64,000 nucleotides of DNA, from the NCBI GenBank assembly GCA_030390025.1, contig CM059447.1, forward strand, positions 19,964,001-20,028,000, written 5' to 3'. The notes beneath the pieces are model-generated. The model did not search any database. It was not told the origin of the DNA and was given only the letters and a program-made list of their open reading frames with translations. Positions 11,036 through 24,127 of this stretch are shown piece after piece. How positions within the stretch are numbered: position 1 is the stretch's first letter; every line of letters starts with the position of its first letter. The position numbers and the translations under genes were made by a program. The DNA comes from Squalus acanthias (Eukaryota).

Positions 11036-13480
11036 TTTGGCTATCAAGTTGCGTGTGTGCACGTTTACGGAGTTTCAGTGCCAACACACAGTAACGGGCA
11101 CATACTCTACAAAAATGCCTTGAGTACGTGTGTGTTTGATCTGATTTTTTTCTGGTGAGTTCATATTTGCTCGATTTGTGTCTGTATATACATATAAGTG
11201 TATATCATTATGTGTTGCTCTCTCTCGCCAGTGAACTGCCATGGAGAAAGCTGGAGGCTTTGAACTGATCCCCAGTCTGAATGCAGAGTTATAATCTGTA
11301 GCCACACAGCACTCCCTCATTGTGAATAACTTAACTCTTTGTACTCTGCAGGACTGCATCAGATACCTGATTAGCTTTAGCCTTTATTGAGGTTTTATCT
11401 TTAAGTTTCAAAAATGCTACCTTAATCCTTTTGAGGGTTAAAGCCACCTGCCCTTTTTTTTTTAGATTTGTACAGATAATTTGAAAAGCTCTATCATACA
11501 CTTCCTTAATGATGTCTTCTCAATCCCTGGCCAATTTCACAAAGTCAAAATCAAAGTGGCCCGTGATCGCTGTGTAGCCAGGCTGGCTCTGGGGCAGGTT
11601 CTGTCACCGAGCAGATCACAGCAATAACATTTGATATCAATTTAAAAAGCGAATGATTGGAACGACATTACAGATATGAGAACGTGGGCACTGTACTTCT
11701 CTGTGCTGCTAATTTGTGGGGAAATGCATGTGTCCAGTATGGATTACAATGTAACGGCTATTTTTCCCCGAACCTTTTTTTAAACATACATTGGATTCTG
11801 TAACTAGAGGAAAGCTTTCTGTCAGAGACTGTGACTGAAAGTGTTCTGTTGTACAGCGTATCAGAGTAGGCCCAACCGAGGTTACAAATACGTTGTTATT
11901 CCTTGGAACAATAGCTCTAACCTGCTGTCAGTTTTTATTGATGGGCAAATGGCACACAAATGCTCAGTGAGCCCAGTGTCGGTATCTTACATCACACACA
12001 TACCCTTTGTTTTCACCAGGCGTCCTTTTTCACAAAACAAATTGATTCCGAGGCTCACATCAGTGAAATGGTTAATGATGAAGTATTTCTGAACGCATCC
12101 TATGTGTGCTACGGGGAAATCAGTACCAACAGGGGTTTAATTTAGCGCGACAGCCCAGGGGAGGGGTTGAGATAGACCACAACTTGTCGTTACAATGTGT
12201 TACAATCCAACTCCTCACTAGCAAGCCCTCGCCGTTCCAAATGGGCCCCGCTGGGAAGCAAGGAATGAAAGAAGAGGAAATATCCTACACTGGGGACTGA
12301 ACAGAAGGAATGGAGTCCTGCCTGGGATTAACTGTATTTCATACAGCTGGCAGCACAGAAACAGACCTCTCCAGGGCCAAATACTGGCAAAAGCAAGCAA
12401 CAAGGAACTTTTGAGCCAAGGCTGCATTTCCCAGCAGCCTTCGCTCATGTTTTAACTACAAAATATGTGTAAAAAGCTCAGGGGAAAAATTGATGAACTG
12501 AGCAGATTGCTGAATAAAAGGTTGTGCTTTGAAGGAAAACAGCAAGAAAGAAGACGATTTAGTCTGTGCAGAAATTTAGCTTCTGTGCACTGAGGTAGTT
12601 GGAGCTTCTGGTGGTCCCCGAGGTGTGACTGTCACAGTTTGAACTGTATTAATGGATGGTCCTACAGTAATTGCAGACTCAGCTCTTGGGGCTCAGGTTA
12701 AAGATCCTCAGTAGTGAAAGCTGGTTAAGTTGAACAGAGGGGACTCCTCATGGGCTGGGGGGTCAAGATGCATCGTCAGGACAGGGAAGACTGTAATTTG
12801 TTGTGATTATTTTTTCAAAGAACCTCTTTTTAGCAATAAAACGTTAAGGATTTGGCAATGTAATTATTTCTGATGGTGATAACAGCACTTTTTTTTATGG
12901 GTGCATTCTGACTTGTGTATGTGTGTGTGTGTGCACTTAAAAATATTAAAATTATGCGGGCGGGGGAGGTACAGTTTATAGGAAAGGCTCAATAACAATG
13001 AGAACATTGCCAATTTAAACATTTCCATGAAATGGAAGTGAACAGTTCCCAAAAGGCACAACACTTATTGTAAAGTGGTAAATTTACTCGTTGAGTCATA
13101 ACCTGCATGCTTCAGAACATTTTGACATTGTTTCTCCCATTGGCACACATTTCAGCAGCAATACAGTTCTAGGCCCACATGCATGAGTTGAAGCTAGAAT
13201 GGGAACTATTTAGTGGCAGTCAAGTTAAGCCCACATACTTGGGATCTTCAGCATCTGGTAGAACCCCTGGGTGGGGCTGGCTTTTTGACTTGTAGACTCC
13301 CAAGAGACTGCGACAAATGATTTGCATGGTCTGCTTCTTGTTTAAGAGAAACTATATTCTACTAAACTGTCAAATCGTTTCAAATATTACAAAAAGAGAT
13401 CATCAGTGCCCTAACAGGTGCCTCACAGCTACTCACTCCTACCAGGTTTTCTGCTTTGAAATGGCTGGTCAGAGTTGCCA

Positions 13481-13603
13481 TGATGTGGAGATGCCGGTGT
13501 TGGACTGGGGTGGACAAATGTGAGAAGTCGCACAACACCCGGTTATAGTCCAACAGTTTTATTTGAAATCACAAGCTTTCGGAGCGCTGCTCCTTCGTCA
13601 GGT
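13481..13603 (-). mobile_element. Penelope pseudo-LTR (pLTR) fragment, family 1, with hammerhead core
   Basis: Reverse complement matches 32285-32372 and 26870-26952; contains CTGACGA-A-ggagc-agc-gctcc-GAAAGCTT. Confidence 0.85.
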
Positions 13604-14789
13604 CAGAGTTCAGCATGGGAGTAAATATTTGGCATTAAACGTCCCCAATTGTGAAAGTCCCATTTCATGGCCAGCGTGGATCGGAATGGTGGGCCGCTGG
13701 TCCTATTTCTGATGTCACTGGAATGGAATTTCATGACAATGCATCAGGGGGAGCTCTGTACAAAATGTCTTCTCCCAACCAACCAGCAGTTCGAAAGCAT
13801 CAAACATGGCATCAAGGGGCAACTGAGGCCAGATAGTTCTGTTTACAACATGCGGGTTTATGTGTCAGTTCTTAGAATAGGCTTTCCTTTTAAACAGATG
13901 AAAAGTGGAGAGTTCTCAGCTGCAATATGCTAGTTGCATTGTGATATCACTAATTTGCAGCAAACCGATTCTGGGGATATTCCAGACTACAGGAACTTGC
14001 CATCGCAAATCAAGCTTATTGTCACAAAGACTCAGCCCTGTAAAGTGATGTAATAATCTTGCATTGCCAAACACCTCCAGCCTAACGAGCACTAAAAACA
14101 AAGGAAACATCTACCAGAAAAATGTAGACTTAAACAAACCCTCTCGACCATTAAAATCTCATTATATTATGTTAAATTATGCAGAAATCATGAGATATTA
14201 AAACAAAATGGTGATTAGCAGTATTATTATATTTGATGGAAAAATAAATGTTCCTTAACTATCCATCACACCAGTGATGTAAAACATGGTTGAAGTTTCT
14301 TTTATTAATTTTTTTGTTAAAATGAGGTACAAGCATAGTCAGTGGCATGAGTACAAAATCTGGGTGGGCTAGAGACCCAAAGTAATCATATTTAAGTCAG
14401 GACAATAAATATAAATTGAATTTGCTTTCTTCAGATGAAAAACTTGGGGCTGAGCCAGTTTTTCACTTTGCACTGATGTGGAAATAGCAATTTGAGTGAT
14501 TAGGTTCTCACTCTGGGCTTGGCTCTGTTTGATTCAAATTGAAATGAATTTACGCCTATTCACTCATTGCTGATCCACAAGTCTCACAACTACAATGACT
14601 GACTCTGTTCGTACCTGTAATCAGGCAGGATAAGTGCACTACAGTGCGATGCAATATCATGTTAATGTAAGAAACGCATTTTCATTTTCATGATATGACT
14701 TTGAACACAGTGAAATCAAGGATTGACACCAATCGCTACTACATAATGGATAAAGTGCATACAGGACTTTCATGCTGGTTTATGCTATC

Positions 14790-15890
14790 TGCTAGATTGC
14801 CTCAGCCATCTCCTGCCCCACTATCCTCCCTTACCCCCCAGCCCTCCTTCTACCCCAGCCCAATTCCACAATATTTTATAATTTCTCTATCATCTCATCC
14901 CTAAGACCCATTGACTGATCCCTCAATCACATCCCATCCCAACTCCTGACCAGTCTACTACTCTCCCTTGACCCAATGCTCAGTGACATCTTCAACAGCT
15001 CTCTCCTGATGCAATGCTTCCTCTTTTAAAACTGTTGTAATCCCCCCCCTCCTTAAAAAGCCCACCCCCATCAAAGAGCCCACTCTCGATTCATCCATCC
15101 TCTCTATACTTTCTAGTTCCAACCTCCCCTTCTTGGTTCTTAAACATATCATTATCACTCAACTCTACGCCCATTATTCTTCTGCTTGAATCCCATCAAT
15201 TTGGTTTCCACCCCGCCCACAGTACCAAGATTGCCCTGTCAAAGTCAACAATGATGTCCTATGTAATTGTGAACACAATCTGTTAAACCCTCATTCTCCT
15301 TAACCTTTGATATAGTTGACCATATCATTCTCCTCTATTGCCTGTCCTCTCTGGTCAATCTACAAGGCACCACTTTCACATGATTCCATTCCTAGCTATT
15401 CCAAATTAACTAGTTATCATTTGCAAAGGCTTCTCTTTCGGTGCCTGCATTATCACCTCTGGAGTACCCCCCAGGTTCCATCCATCGGCCTTAATATTTT
15501 TCATCCACCCAGAGATACCATCCCATAGGCATGGGGTGAGTTTCCAACGGTAGAGGTTTACTGCTCCATCACTACTGCTGTGCTTGTCAAACATCAAGTC
15601 ATGGATGAGCTAGAACTTGCTGCAGGTTAACATTGGCAAAAACAGCAGCAATCCTGTTCTTCACCAAAAACTTATTCTATTCCCCTCCATCTCCATTTGT
15701 TCAGACTGCACCTGACAATGCAAACCTTGGTGTCCAGTTTCACTTTAAGCTGAACTTCAAACCCTAGATCCAGGCCATAACTAAGACCACCTACTTCCAT
15801 CTCCGTAATATCACTAATCTTCATTGCTATCTCACCCCCTCTGCCACTAGAACCCTCATCTCATCCTTTATTATCTCTAGGCTCAAGCTG
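14790..15890 (+). mobile_element. Old, degraded L2-type LINE RT region
   Basis: Collinear similarity to 1968-2940 (ggtttccaccccgcccacagtacc, ctaagaccacctacttccatctcc). Confidence 0.75.
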
Positions 15891-16019
15891 GCCAAGCACC
15901 GGAAGACATCGGGGGAGAAACTTATTGTACCCGTTTATTCGGCAAAAGACTAGTGTTAGGGGACCAATTTTACGGCCGATCTTCCCCGGCTGTGCGCCGG
16001 CTGCTGACCCTAGGTTTCT

Positions 16020-16600
16020 CTATTCATCCACACTGTTCAGTGTCTTTCCATTAAGTGTATGTTACCAATCCTCGTTTCTCCCCCCCCCCCCAAAAAGGTG
16101 TTATCTCACATTACATTGCATTTGCCACCTGTTTGCCCATCCCACTAACTGGTCTACATCTTCCTAAAGTCTTTTACAACCTTTCACTGTTTACTAAATC
16201 CCCTACTTTTGTACTGAGATTGTGCTTCCTATGCCAAACACTAAACCGAGAACAAAAATGCACTGATACCAGGGGTATCCCACTTCCAAACATTCTCCAA
16301 TCCAAACAACACCAATTTATCTGTTTCTGTTTCCTGTTTATTAACCAACTTTCTAGTCATGCTGCTAGATTTTCTCTTATATCACACACCTGAATTTTTC
16401 TAACAAGTCTCTTGTGATTCAACTTATTGAATGCCTTCTAAAAATCCATCTACTCCATCTATCCAATTAGTCAATTCTTCAAAAAATCTCTATTCAATTT
16501 GTCAAACATGATGTGCCTTTAACAAATCTGTGCTGATGGTCCTTGATTAAGCCATCTATTTCTAAATGCTTACTAATTTCATCTTACATTATAGATTCGA
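16020..16600 (-). mobile_element. Degraded CR1 RT fragment
   Basis: Minus strand gives an MDF*KAFNK-like motif (ttattgaatgccttctaaaaatccat) and the CR1-typical catgatgtgcctttaacaaat. Confidence 0.6.
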
Positions 16601-16601
16601 A

Positions 16602-18225
16602 GGGCCCGAAACTCCTAGGTGCCATTGGCACTGAGACAAAGCGGGACTGCCGCCTGCCTTCATGTCATGGCACTGAACTCCCCCCGCCCTTCCCAGAAAT
16701 TGTCGAGCTAATTTAAACAAGCAGAAGTATGCAGGCTGACTGTGAGGGGGGGAAATGGGTGGCGAAGGATATTGGTCCAGAAAATATCCGGAGGAGAGGC
16801 AGAGACCTAATGCAGCAGCAGGGTATAGAACCTGCTACTGCTAAAAGGGGCAATGGCAGCAGTGGAGGAAGCGAGCAACCTGGGCAACAAGGATGGCAGC
16901 CGGATCGAAGAAGTGAATGGCAACCGTCAAGGGAGCTGGATATGCATATTATCGTAAAGGGAGATATGGAGCATGAGGGATGGTGTGTTTGGAGTCAGGT
17001 CAGGGACCCACCAAGAACGTGGTACACATTTTGTGGAGGGAGCATCGATTTCCATCCCCTCGAACCCCAGGTCTCCTTTGCAGTGCAGGAAGAAATTGAA
17101 CAACCTCACTACAGCAGGCAAGGTATTCATTACTATTCTTGTAGTCCACCTGCCACTCATCCTCCTGGGTAATCCCAGTGTTGCTCAGGACCACTCTGTC
17201 ACTGTCCACCTCATACTTGTCCAATGCTATCTATCTATTGGTCAGTTCTAATAACTGTCCTGCGAGTCCTGTCTTTCTTTGGTAACCCCTCTAGATGGTC
17301 ACCCACTTCTCTCTCTCTCTCTCTCTCTCTCCACATTTCCTGTATCCTGAACGGACGAGCATTGCCTCTTGGGTGATTACATTTTGGAGAATATGATCCA
17401 GAAGTCGCCTCGTCCTCTCTACTGCTGCAGAGTGTGGCCAGCTGCTGCTTGAGCACAGAGATCCTACACAGTGCAAGCATGTTGCCTTTGGATACTCTTA
17501 GGATGCATAACGACGCACATGTTGCACTTCACACACATTGCGAGAGTCTCCCTGCAATGCCAGCCCGCTGTACGTAACTTAAAAATATAGATGGTGTTAA
17601 CCTTAAATAGCAATCTTGCATAAGGATCAAACTCTGCTTACTTACTTTGCGTGTATTAATAATAGAAAAAACTCCTGTCCAACGGCATGTCAAGGCTGAA
17701 TTCCCCTCTGAGACTAACCTCCACACATTCCTGGCCGTTCACACTCCACTGGCCTCTCACAGCTTGAGACTGATCTCTCACTACCTAGCTCAAATCTATA
17801 CAATAGCCCAATGACCACAGCTAATCACACCTCTTTTAAAACCAATGAAGTCCGTATTACCGGCTCAAACCGTCCTCAGTTAAGGCACCGAGTAAACAAG
17901 CACCTAGTATTGAACAGCTAAAATTAAACTCCAAATACAGTAAATTAATGAAAATTTCCAAATCACTCCCACGGAGGCTAAATTCCACACCCTTTTGGCC
18001 ATTCATGATCCACTGGTCTTTCACAGTGTAAGATCAATATTGAATTGAGGCCTGCGCTCACTTCAGGCAGCCACTAGGGTTGCCTAAAAAATAGGCCCTG
18101 ATCAATCAGCAGGGGCCTGAACTTCCTTGCAAATCGGGCAGGGGCCTCTGCACTGTTAAACTGGTTATTGCTGCGCCCGTTTTAGGCCCATACAACAGGT
18201 GCAACATTGTTAAATTTAGACCGCT
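16602..18225. mobile_element. Composite decayed Harbinger-like element with inserted CR1 ORF1/5' fragment
   Basis: ggg-type terminus at 16602 and GC-rich Harbinger-like subtermini; boundaries approximate. Confidence 0.35.
17200..17500 (-). mobile_element. CR1 ORF1 (zinc finger/leucine zipper) remnant
   Basis: Frameshifted C..C...LKQQLATLCSSREDEA / LLDHILQNVITQE...KWVTI resembles the CR1 ORF1 pattern ELE..L..LR.IRE.E..LD..F..VVTP...WVT. Confidence 0.55.
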
Positions 18226-19434
18226 ATATGTTCTATAAGTTAATCACTCTAATGGAAGGCCTGCCGATAACAGAGCAGAACTATCTAAATGCCATCTTTA
18301 GATTGTAGTTTGTTAACTGAAGGTAGCTTATTTTTTGTGCTTGTGTATTGGGCCCCATTGGTGGCCAGTACTCCAACCTGCTGAGCTATGCGTGCCGTGA
18401 GTTTGTCAGTTTGAAACCATAGCGACAGGTTGCATGTTATTCTCCCACTTCTCCCAAGACAATATGCTTGATATAAAAGAGACGGCACAATCATACACCA
18501 TACTTGGATCTGTCAAATACTATACAGTAGGTCTGACAACTGGGAAGACGGCAGTTCCTGTCAATGTCCCCCTTCATTTACTGTCAAGTGCTTTTTCTCC
18601 TTTGTTTGGCAAACCAAAGATGGTGTTTGAAGAGGAGAACAATGCAATCACTGAATAAACTGGAGCAAAGCTAACCCTGTCATCCTTCATAAGTATAATA
18701 CACCAATGCCTGCTCAATCAGCTGCAAGCAGCAGCTTTGTGTAAATTAAATGCATACACTTCCACATATATATATATTTCTATATATAATAAAGGTTATT
18801 GGAATTGTACTTGCAGATAGCTGGTAATACGATATGATATTAATGTAGAATACAAATGTGAATGGAGTTGCCAGTGGACAATACTGTTAACATGTCCAGA
18901 TTCAAGCTGGGAAATTGTGTTTATAAATTGTTCCTGTTACAACCCAAATCAAATTATCTGTGTGTGTTTGAATTGCTCTCTCCCTCTCAGCTCAGGGGCC
19001 GTGGCTGCTTTACACAATTAAAGCCTGTGCGATTCCTTTGTTGTAAAATAGCATGACACAGTGCAGCAATATTTCATTTTGAAAGACCATACCACAGGAG
19101 GACTATAAAACATTACAAAAATCACTAAAGCCTCCCAGAGTTGCTTGGTAAGGAAATTTTAACTGGCTTCCTATTGATGCCACTTCCCAGACTCGCCTGA
19201 GCTCCACATTGCAAGCTAATGCCTAGGGTTTTAAGACATAAAAAATTTATAGCAATAAACATTTGAAAATCTCCGGACTGATGTATCACAATCAGTATTT
19301 CATTAGAGGGATAGCATCCATTTTGTTGATGTACAGTGGCTAGTTCAGAAAGCTATAGCCCTGTTAAAGAAAACCTGCTCTACTGTCTGCGGTAAAAACG
19401 TTAACTAGTACCGTACCAAGCAAATGGGAATACG

Positions 19435-19680
19435 AGCTTATGAAAATGATGGGCAGGAAAAGGTCAGCTGGTCCATCAAGCCTGCTCCACACTCAGGATG
19501 CCTGAAGCTTCATGACTAGATACTTCCTACCCCCCGCCCCCAGCATTCATGTCATCTCCGGGGAGAGGCAAAAGAACAGAGAAAAACCCAAGGCCAATAA
19601 GGGGGGGGAAAAAAATCTGTAAAATTCCTCTCAGACCCCCTCAGGCGATCGAAAGCAGTCCAGGAGATCACATGGACCAT
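19435..19680 (-). mobile_element. CR1-like 3' tail / SINE fragment
   Basis: ggaaaaggtcagctggtccatcaagcctgctcc resembles the reverse-complemented CR1 3' terminal stem-loop. Confidence 0.55.
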
Positions 19681-19916
19681 TCATACATTGCAGCTTAACT
19701 GAGCTACCATGATAGTGGTCATGAATAGTACTTTAAGGGTTAATTAGGGATGAGGAAAAGATCCAAGATTTCATTCTCCTTGAAGTACTTCTTTTTTTTT
19801 TTTACCCCCGATTAGGAATTTGAGCTATTTTTGCACAACTGTCTGCAGTGCTTTGCGCTATAGATAAAAGCGAAACACTCAAAGAGTGAAAGAAAGAACC
19901 TGAGGCAGAGCTACAG

Positions 19917-20012
19917 TAATAAAATAGAAAATTCAGGAAGCACACACCAGGTCAGTTAGCAGTTGAAAGAGGGAGGTTGACACGTTGGGTGGGACCTTTC
20001 ATCAGGACTGGC
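19917..20012 (-). mobile_element. Degraded PLE-derived repeat, family 2
   Basis: Similar to 28182-28283 joined to 29260-29320; retains ctgatgaaaggtc on the minus strand. Confidence 0.6.
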
Positions 20013-22008
20013 GCGGTTAGGCCGGTGAGACCTCTCTATAGGGTTGACCAACAAATGGGAGGAGTGGAAGTCAGGAGTTGAAATGTGATAATTTCAGTAT
20101 TGTTGAGGAAGTGAATATTGAGTGACACATGTGGCTCTCTGATGTGAGAACATGTGCATGAATCTGCAGAATATATCATTTTTAGTAATGGAAGTGGCAG
20201 TGATGGTGTGAATGTGCACAGACTTGTTGTGAAAGGGAAACCTGAAATAAACATCAGCACAGTTTTTCGACGGTTTAGACATATAAGGAGTTATGTTGGT
20301 ATTTCTTGATAATCTACATTTCATTTTTGCTTCTCTAGAGACTGGACATGCAAAATAAATAGCTCACAAATATACAATGTCATTATATGTGCAAAACATA
20401 TAATTAAAAATAGAAACTGACACTTATAATACTTATGTGGCGAAAGATACCGGCACATATTTCACCCTCCTGTCTGCCTTCAGCTCCCGCTTCCATTCGC
20501 CCATTCAATTTCATTCTTGCCACTCTTCTCAGTATGTGCTCTCAGTAAGCCACAAGTCAGCAGATTTTCAGCCGATAAGCACACTGTGCTGGCTTCTTAC
20601 ATCTACAATGTATTCATGCACAGCTTTATGTTCAAACCAAAGAGCTTGCACCTTCAGTTGCATGCACTTTAAAAATCACTTCCAAATCAAAAAGAAGTTC
20701 AATTTCCTCGTAACGCACTTAATGTTATAAATGGCTAAAAGATTAGCCGCACCAGACTATTTTTGCCTGCTAAAAATATTTTCCTCACTCACCACATTGA
20801 CTATTTTTTTTTTAATGCATCCATGCGACGAAGAAACAGATTGGTGCCGAAAAAGCTGTCCATAAGTTAACATAAATTAGCAGAGAAGGGAGGAAAGGTG
20901 TACACATTTTGGAGTTTAAAAGGGAGTAAAGAAATCTCTTTCTGAGATGTATGCACAATACACTTTATAATATAGGCTTTTTTGTGGGCTGGGTAAGGTA
21001 TTGGCTAGTACTAACACTGACTGTTAAGTTTATCTTCACACAGATGGAACCTACCCTGCCACTCCACACTGCTGTGTGCTGGACACCTCCCCTGCACTGT
21101 AATAAATATATCTAAAAACAGAGGGGGACCAGAAGCTGCAGCAGGTTAGAACACAGTTCTTTCAGCTCTGGACCTGGCTTTGCAAACAGCTCAAGCTGAT
21201 AGTTTCCTTTCCCTCTAATGTCTGTAAGAGTGCTCTGCTAACTGGAATGAGGTTGGACAATTTCAACAGAGTTCCTGGCACAGAACGGTCCATAATTTGG
21301 CACTAAATTGACAGTTTCACTCAGAGAGGCCACAAGGATTGCTTGTGAGGGAAATGTTATCATCTTGTTGAGGTCAAGTGCAGAGAGCTTTACCCAACAT
21401 TTAAGCTGTGCAACATCTGACCTGGAAGAAGTTATTCCTGGTGCAAATTCCTCAAATTGACCCGGAGGTCATAATGCTACTTAATGTGCCTTTCCCCGCC
21501 ACCACCCCCGCCCCCCCACCACCCCACCACCCCCCCGCAATCGAAGACAACATTTTGAAACATGTTAAAAGAGATTTGACGGAAACAGTGCTGAAGGTAC
21601 TTCTGATTAAAATTACATTATAATGACATTTTGATTTATCTTATTTTACTTCATTTTTAATAAGAGCTTAACAGAGAAATTATCTGGGGTAATGTTACCT
21701 TCTGGTCCCCGTACACAGGCAGATCTTTAGTGAGCTCCTGTTTCTACTCGAGGAGTTTTATAATTCCTTTGTGTCTGACTGTTTGCTTCTTGACAGCAGA
21801 TTTTATAACTTTTATTAATTAGGACTGTCAGCCAGCTTGTCATTAGGACTATCTTTTTATTCAGGGCCCATTAAGCTGTTCTAATTCCTGGCTGCTCCCA
21901 TCCCTTATACCAGATCTATAACTCTCTCTACCTCCACATTAACATAATGATATTTGCGTTCATTATTTTCCACGAATCTGACAGGTAGAGCGAGGGGCTT
22001 CTACTCAC

Positions 22009-22150
22009 CTGAGCAGGAAAATAGCAGTGAGATGAAGAGAAACAGAATTCCATTTACAGCCTCGGTATCCCTTTTAATCAGCCCACTGCGGCTGTGTTTG
22101 CGAACTGTCAGCAACAAATCCACACGATGATGCCTTTTTATGTACAGCAT
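22009..22150 (-). CDS. First coding exon of an unidentified secreted or membrane protein: MLYIKRHHRVDLLLTVRKHSRSGLIKRDTEAVNGILFLFISLLFSCS(G)
   Basis: Acceptor ttctctcatag| at 22161 (exon starts 22160). In-frame TAG/TGA lie just upstream of the ATG at 22150. The 142-nt open frame ends in hydrophobic ILFLFISLLF plus small residues SCS, then a consensus donor CAG|GTGAGT (phase 1). Unique, non-repeat context. Confidence 0.65.
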
Positions 22151-22510
22151 TCAATCCTAGCTATGAGAGAAGGGGCATTTTAATTTCTAGATTAGTCCTC
22201 AATTCAAGTCCTGGTATGGACGTAACTCTACTTCATAAAAACGGGCAAGTGGCTGTAGATTGTACCAGTTTTAAGTCACAATGTACAGGCACGTGTAATG
22301 ACATCAGCAGCAGTTCAAGCCCTGTACTGACACAGGTGCTGAACCAGTAACAGGTCCGTTCCATGTGCTTCTTCGTGGCATACGAGGAAGTTTTAATAAT
22401 GGGACCAGAGAAAAGCAAAAAACAGTGCAAGTGTAAATCTAGGTTAATTGTCCTGTCTGCATTTTCTTCAAACCTATTTGTAGCATAATATCAGTGGCTG
22501 TGGTTAAAGC

Positions 22511-22520
22511 CTTACCCTTT
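22511..22520 (-). promoter_or_regulatory. Candidate splice donor of an upstream 5' UTR exon (AGG|GTAAGG)
   Basis: Near-consensus donor about 350 bp upstream of the 22160 acceptor on the same strand. Confidence 0.3.
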
Positions 22521-24127
22521 CAGCTATATCCTCCCCCTGATCACTGTCTTCATACAGAGATATAATGCAATACAACACTGCAGATTATTTATCAGGATTG
22601 ATGATTTGGTTAAACTCTCATCCTTTCAGCTTCATCAACCCCTGATCCTGATTAATCCAGTGTAATATAGTACAGCAGGTTTGACACTGAACTAAATCCT
22701 CACCCTTTCAGCCTCATCACATCTGATAATTGCTATAGCACAGGTACAAATACCCAATTACTGGATATGAACTGATCTCGAACCTCGGTGCAGCTCCCCT
22801 GCTTATTCTAATTGTCAGCGCTGCTATCAGGCTGGTCAGCACCAAGCCCCCTGAGGATTCTATCAGAGAGCACAACTGTCCCCTTTCCTGTGTGCTGTGA
22901 TTTCAGACTCTGATAATTCAATAATTTCGGTGATTGTCTCTGTCTCGGTGCATCCACTGCTGCCGCTTCCCCTTAATTACTTTCATTTTGCTCATCAGGC
23001 TACACTGGGATTTTTGCACAAAACACAGTCACTGGGGTCAGGCAAGAGCTATGGGGCAGATTCATTATGAGTATACATTCACCGTCCCTGTCACAAGCAC
23101 AGATGTTCAGCTACCTCACGGCAAAAAAAATTGTCAGCTCCTAAAACGGCCAAGGATCAAGAAATCCGTTTCTAAAATAAAAACGAGACATGAGTGACCT
23201 TTAATCTCTTTAAAAAGATTGGCCCAGAACTCATTTATACTTCACTAAATTTCTCTGAAATCAGTTATTTATGCAGCAACCTATTTGTCATAAGTTAAAG
23301 CCTAAAGGGCTAAAACTATATTTCTGTACAAAGTGAACATTGGCCAAATGTTTCAGCTTCAATTCACAATTTTATCAGGGTGTCCTGTACGAACTCAAAA
23401 AAATGAAAGTAGATGCTGTGATGAAAATAACAGTGTGATATTTACACCACCTTTTGCTTGAAATTTAAAGGATAGAGGACTTCTCCCCTGATGAGCACAG
23501 TCGGCATGTAGCACTGTTACAGAGCAGAACTACAGCTAACAGATTTCCAGCAGCCACAGTATTTTGCATTCGTCCTACAGGTAACATCATTGTTTACACC
23601 ACTCCTGAGGGGGTACAGACATGAGAATACATTTCTGTTACTCAACCGTCTCTAGTACAGTACTGAACGCAGTCCTGATCCACAACTGGATGACAAGGCA
23701 AATGTTAAAGGGCTGCCCCTGAGAGGTCAGCAAAGTGACACAATAACATTTTATTTCAGTTCAATGTTGCTTTAAACGTCGCTGCTTTCTCTTGTCTCAG
23801 ACTTGCTGTGCAAGACATTCAGCTAATACTGCTGGCACTGGCAGGTAAGACTATCCCAGGTTCCCTTGTGTTGTGAAGCCAATAGTTTTCATCCTCTGAC
23901 CTCTTGGTAACTACTTCAAATAGTTAAATCATAGCTTTTAAAAAAAAAACTTTAGCTGTAAATACAACCTTCCTATAATACACTGCTTCATAAAGTAGGG
24001 ATTTTATTTTCGCTTCACAATTCAATATGAACACAAAAAAACTGTGCCACTGCACACAAATGAAATGCATACATAACATTTTAATTTGCTGCAACATGTG
24101 GCAAATGCAGTGCTACTAATCTCGGCG

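Noticed and set aside
11466-11597. Plus-strand 132-nt open exon-like segment
   Set aside because: Weak donor, no recognisable homology, antisense to the predicted host gene.
22009-22150. Naming the exon as LIFR or CSMD3 from its long signal peptide and phase-1 intron
   Set aside because: Only the architecture resembles them; sequence similarity is not convincing, so no symbol is given.
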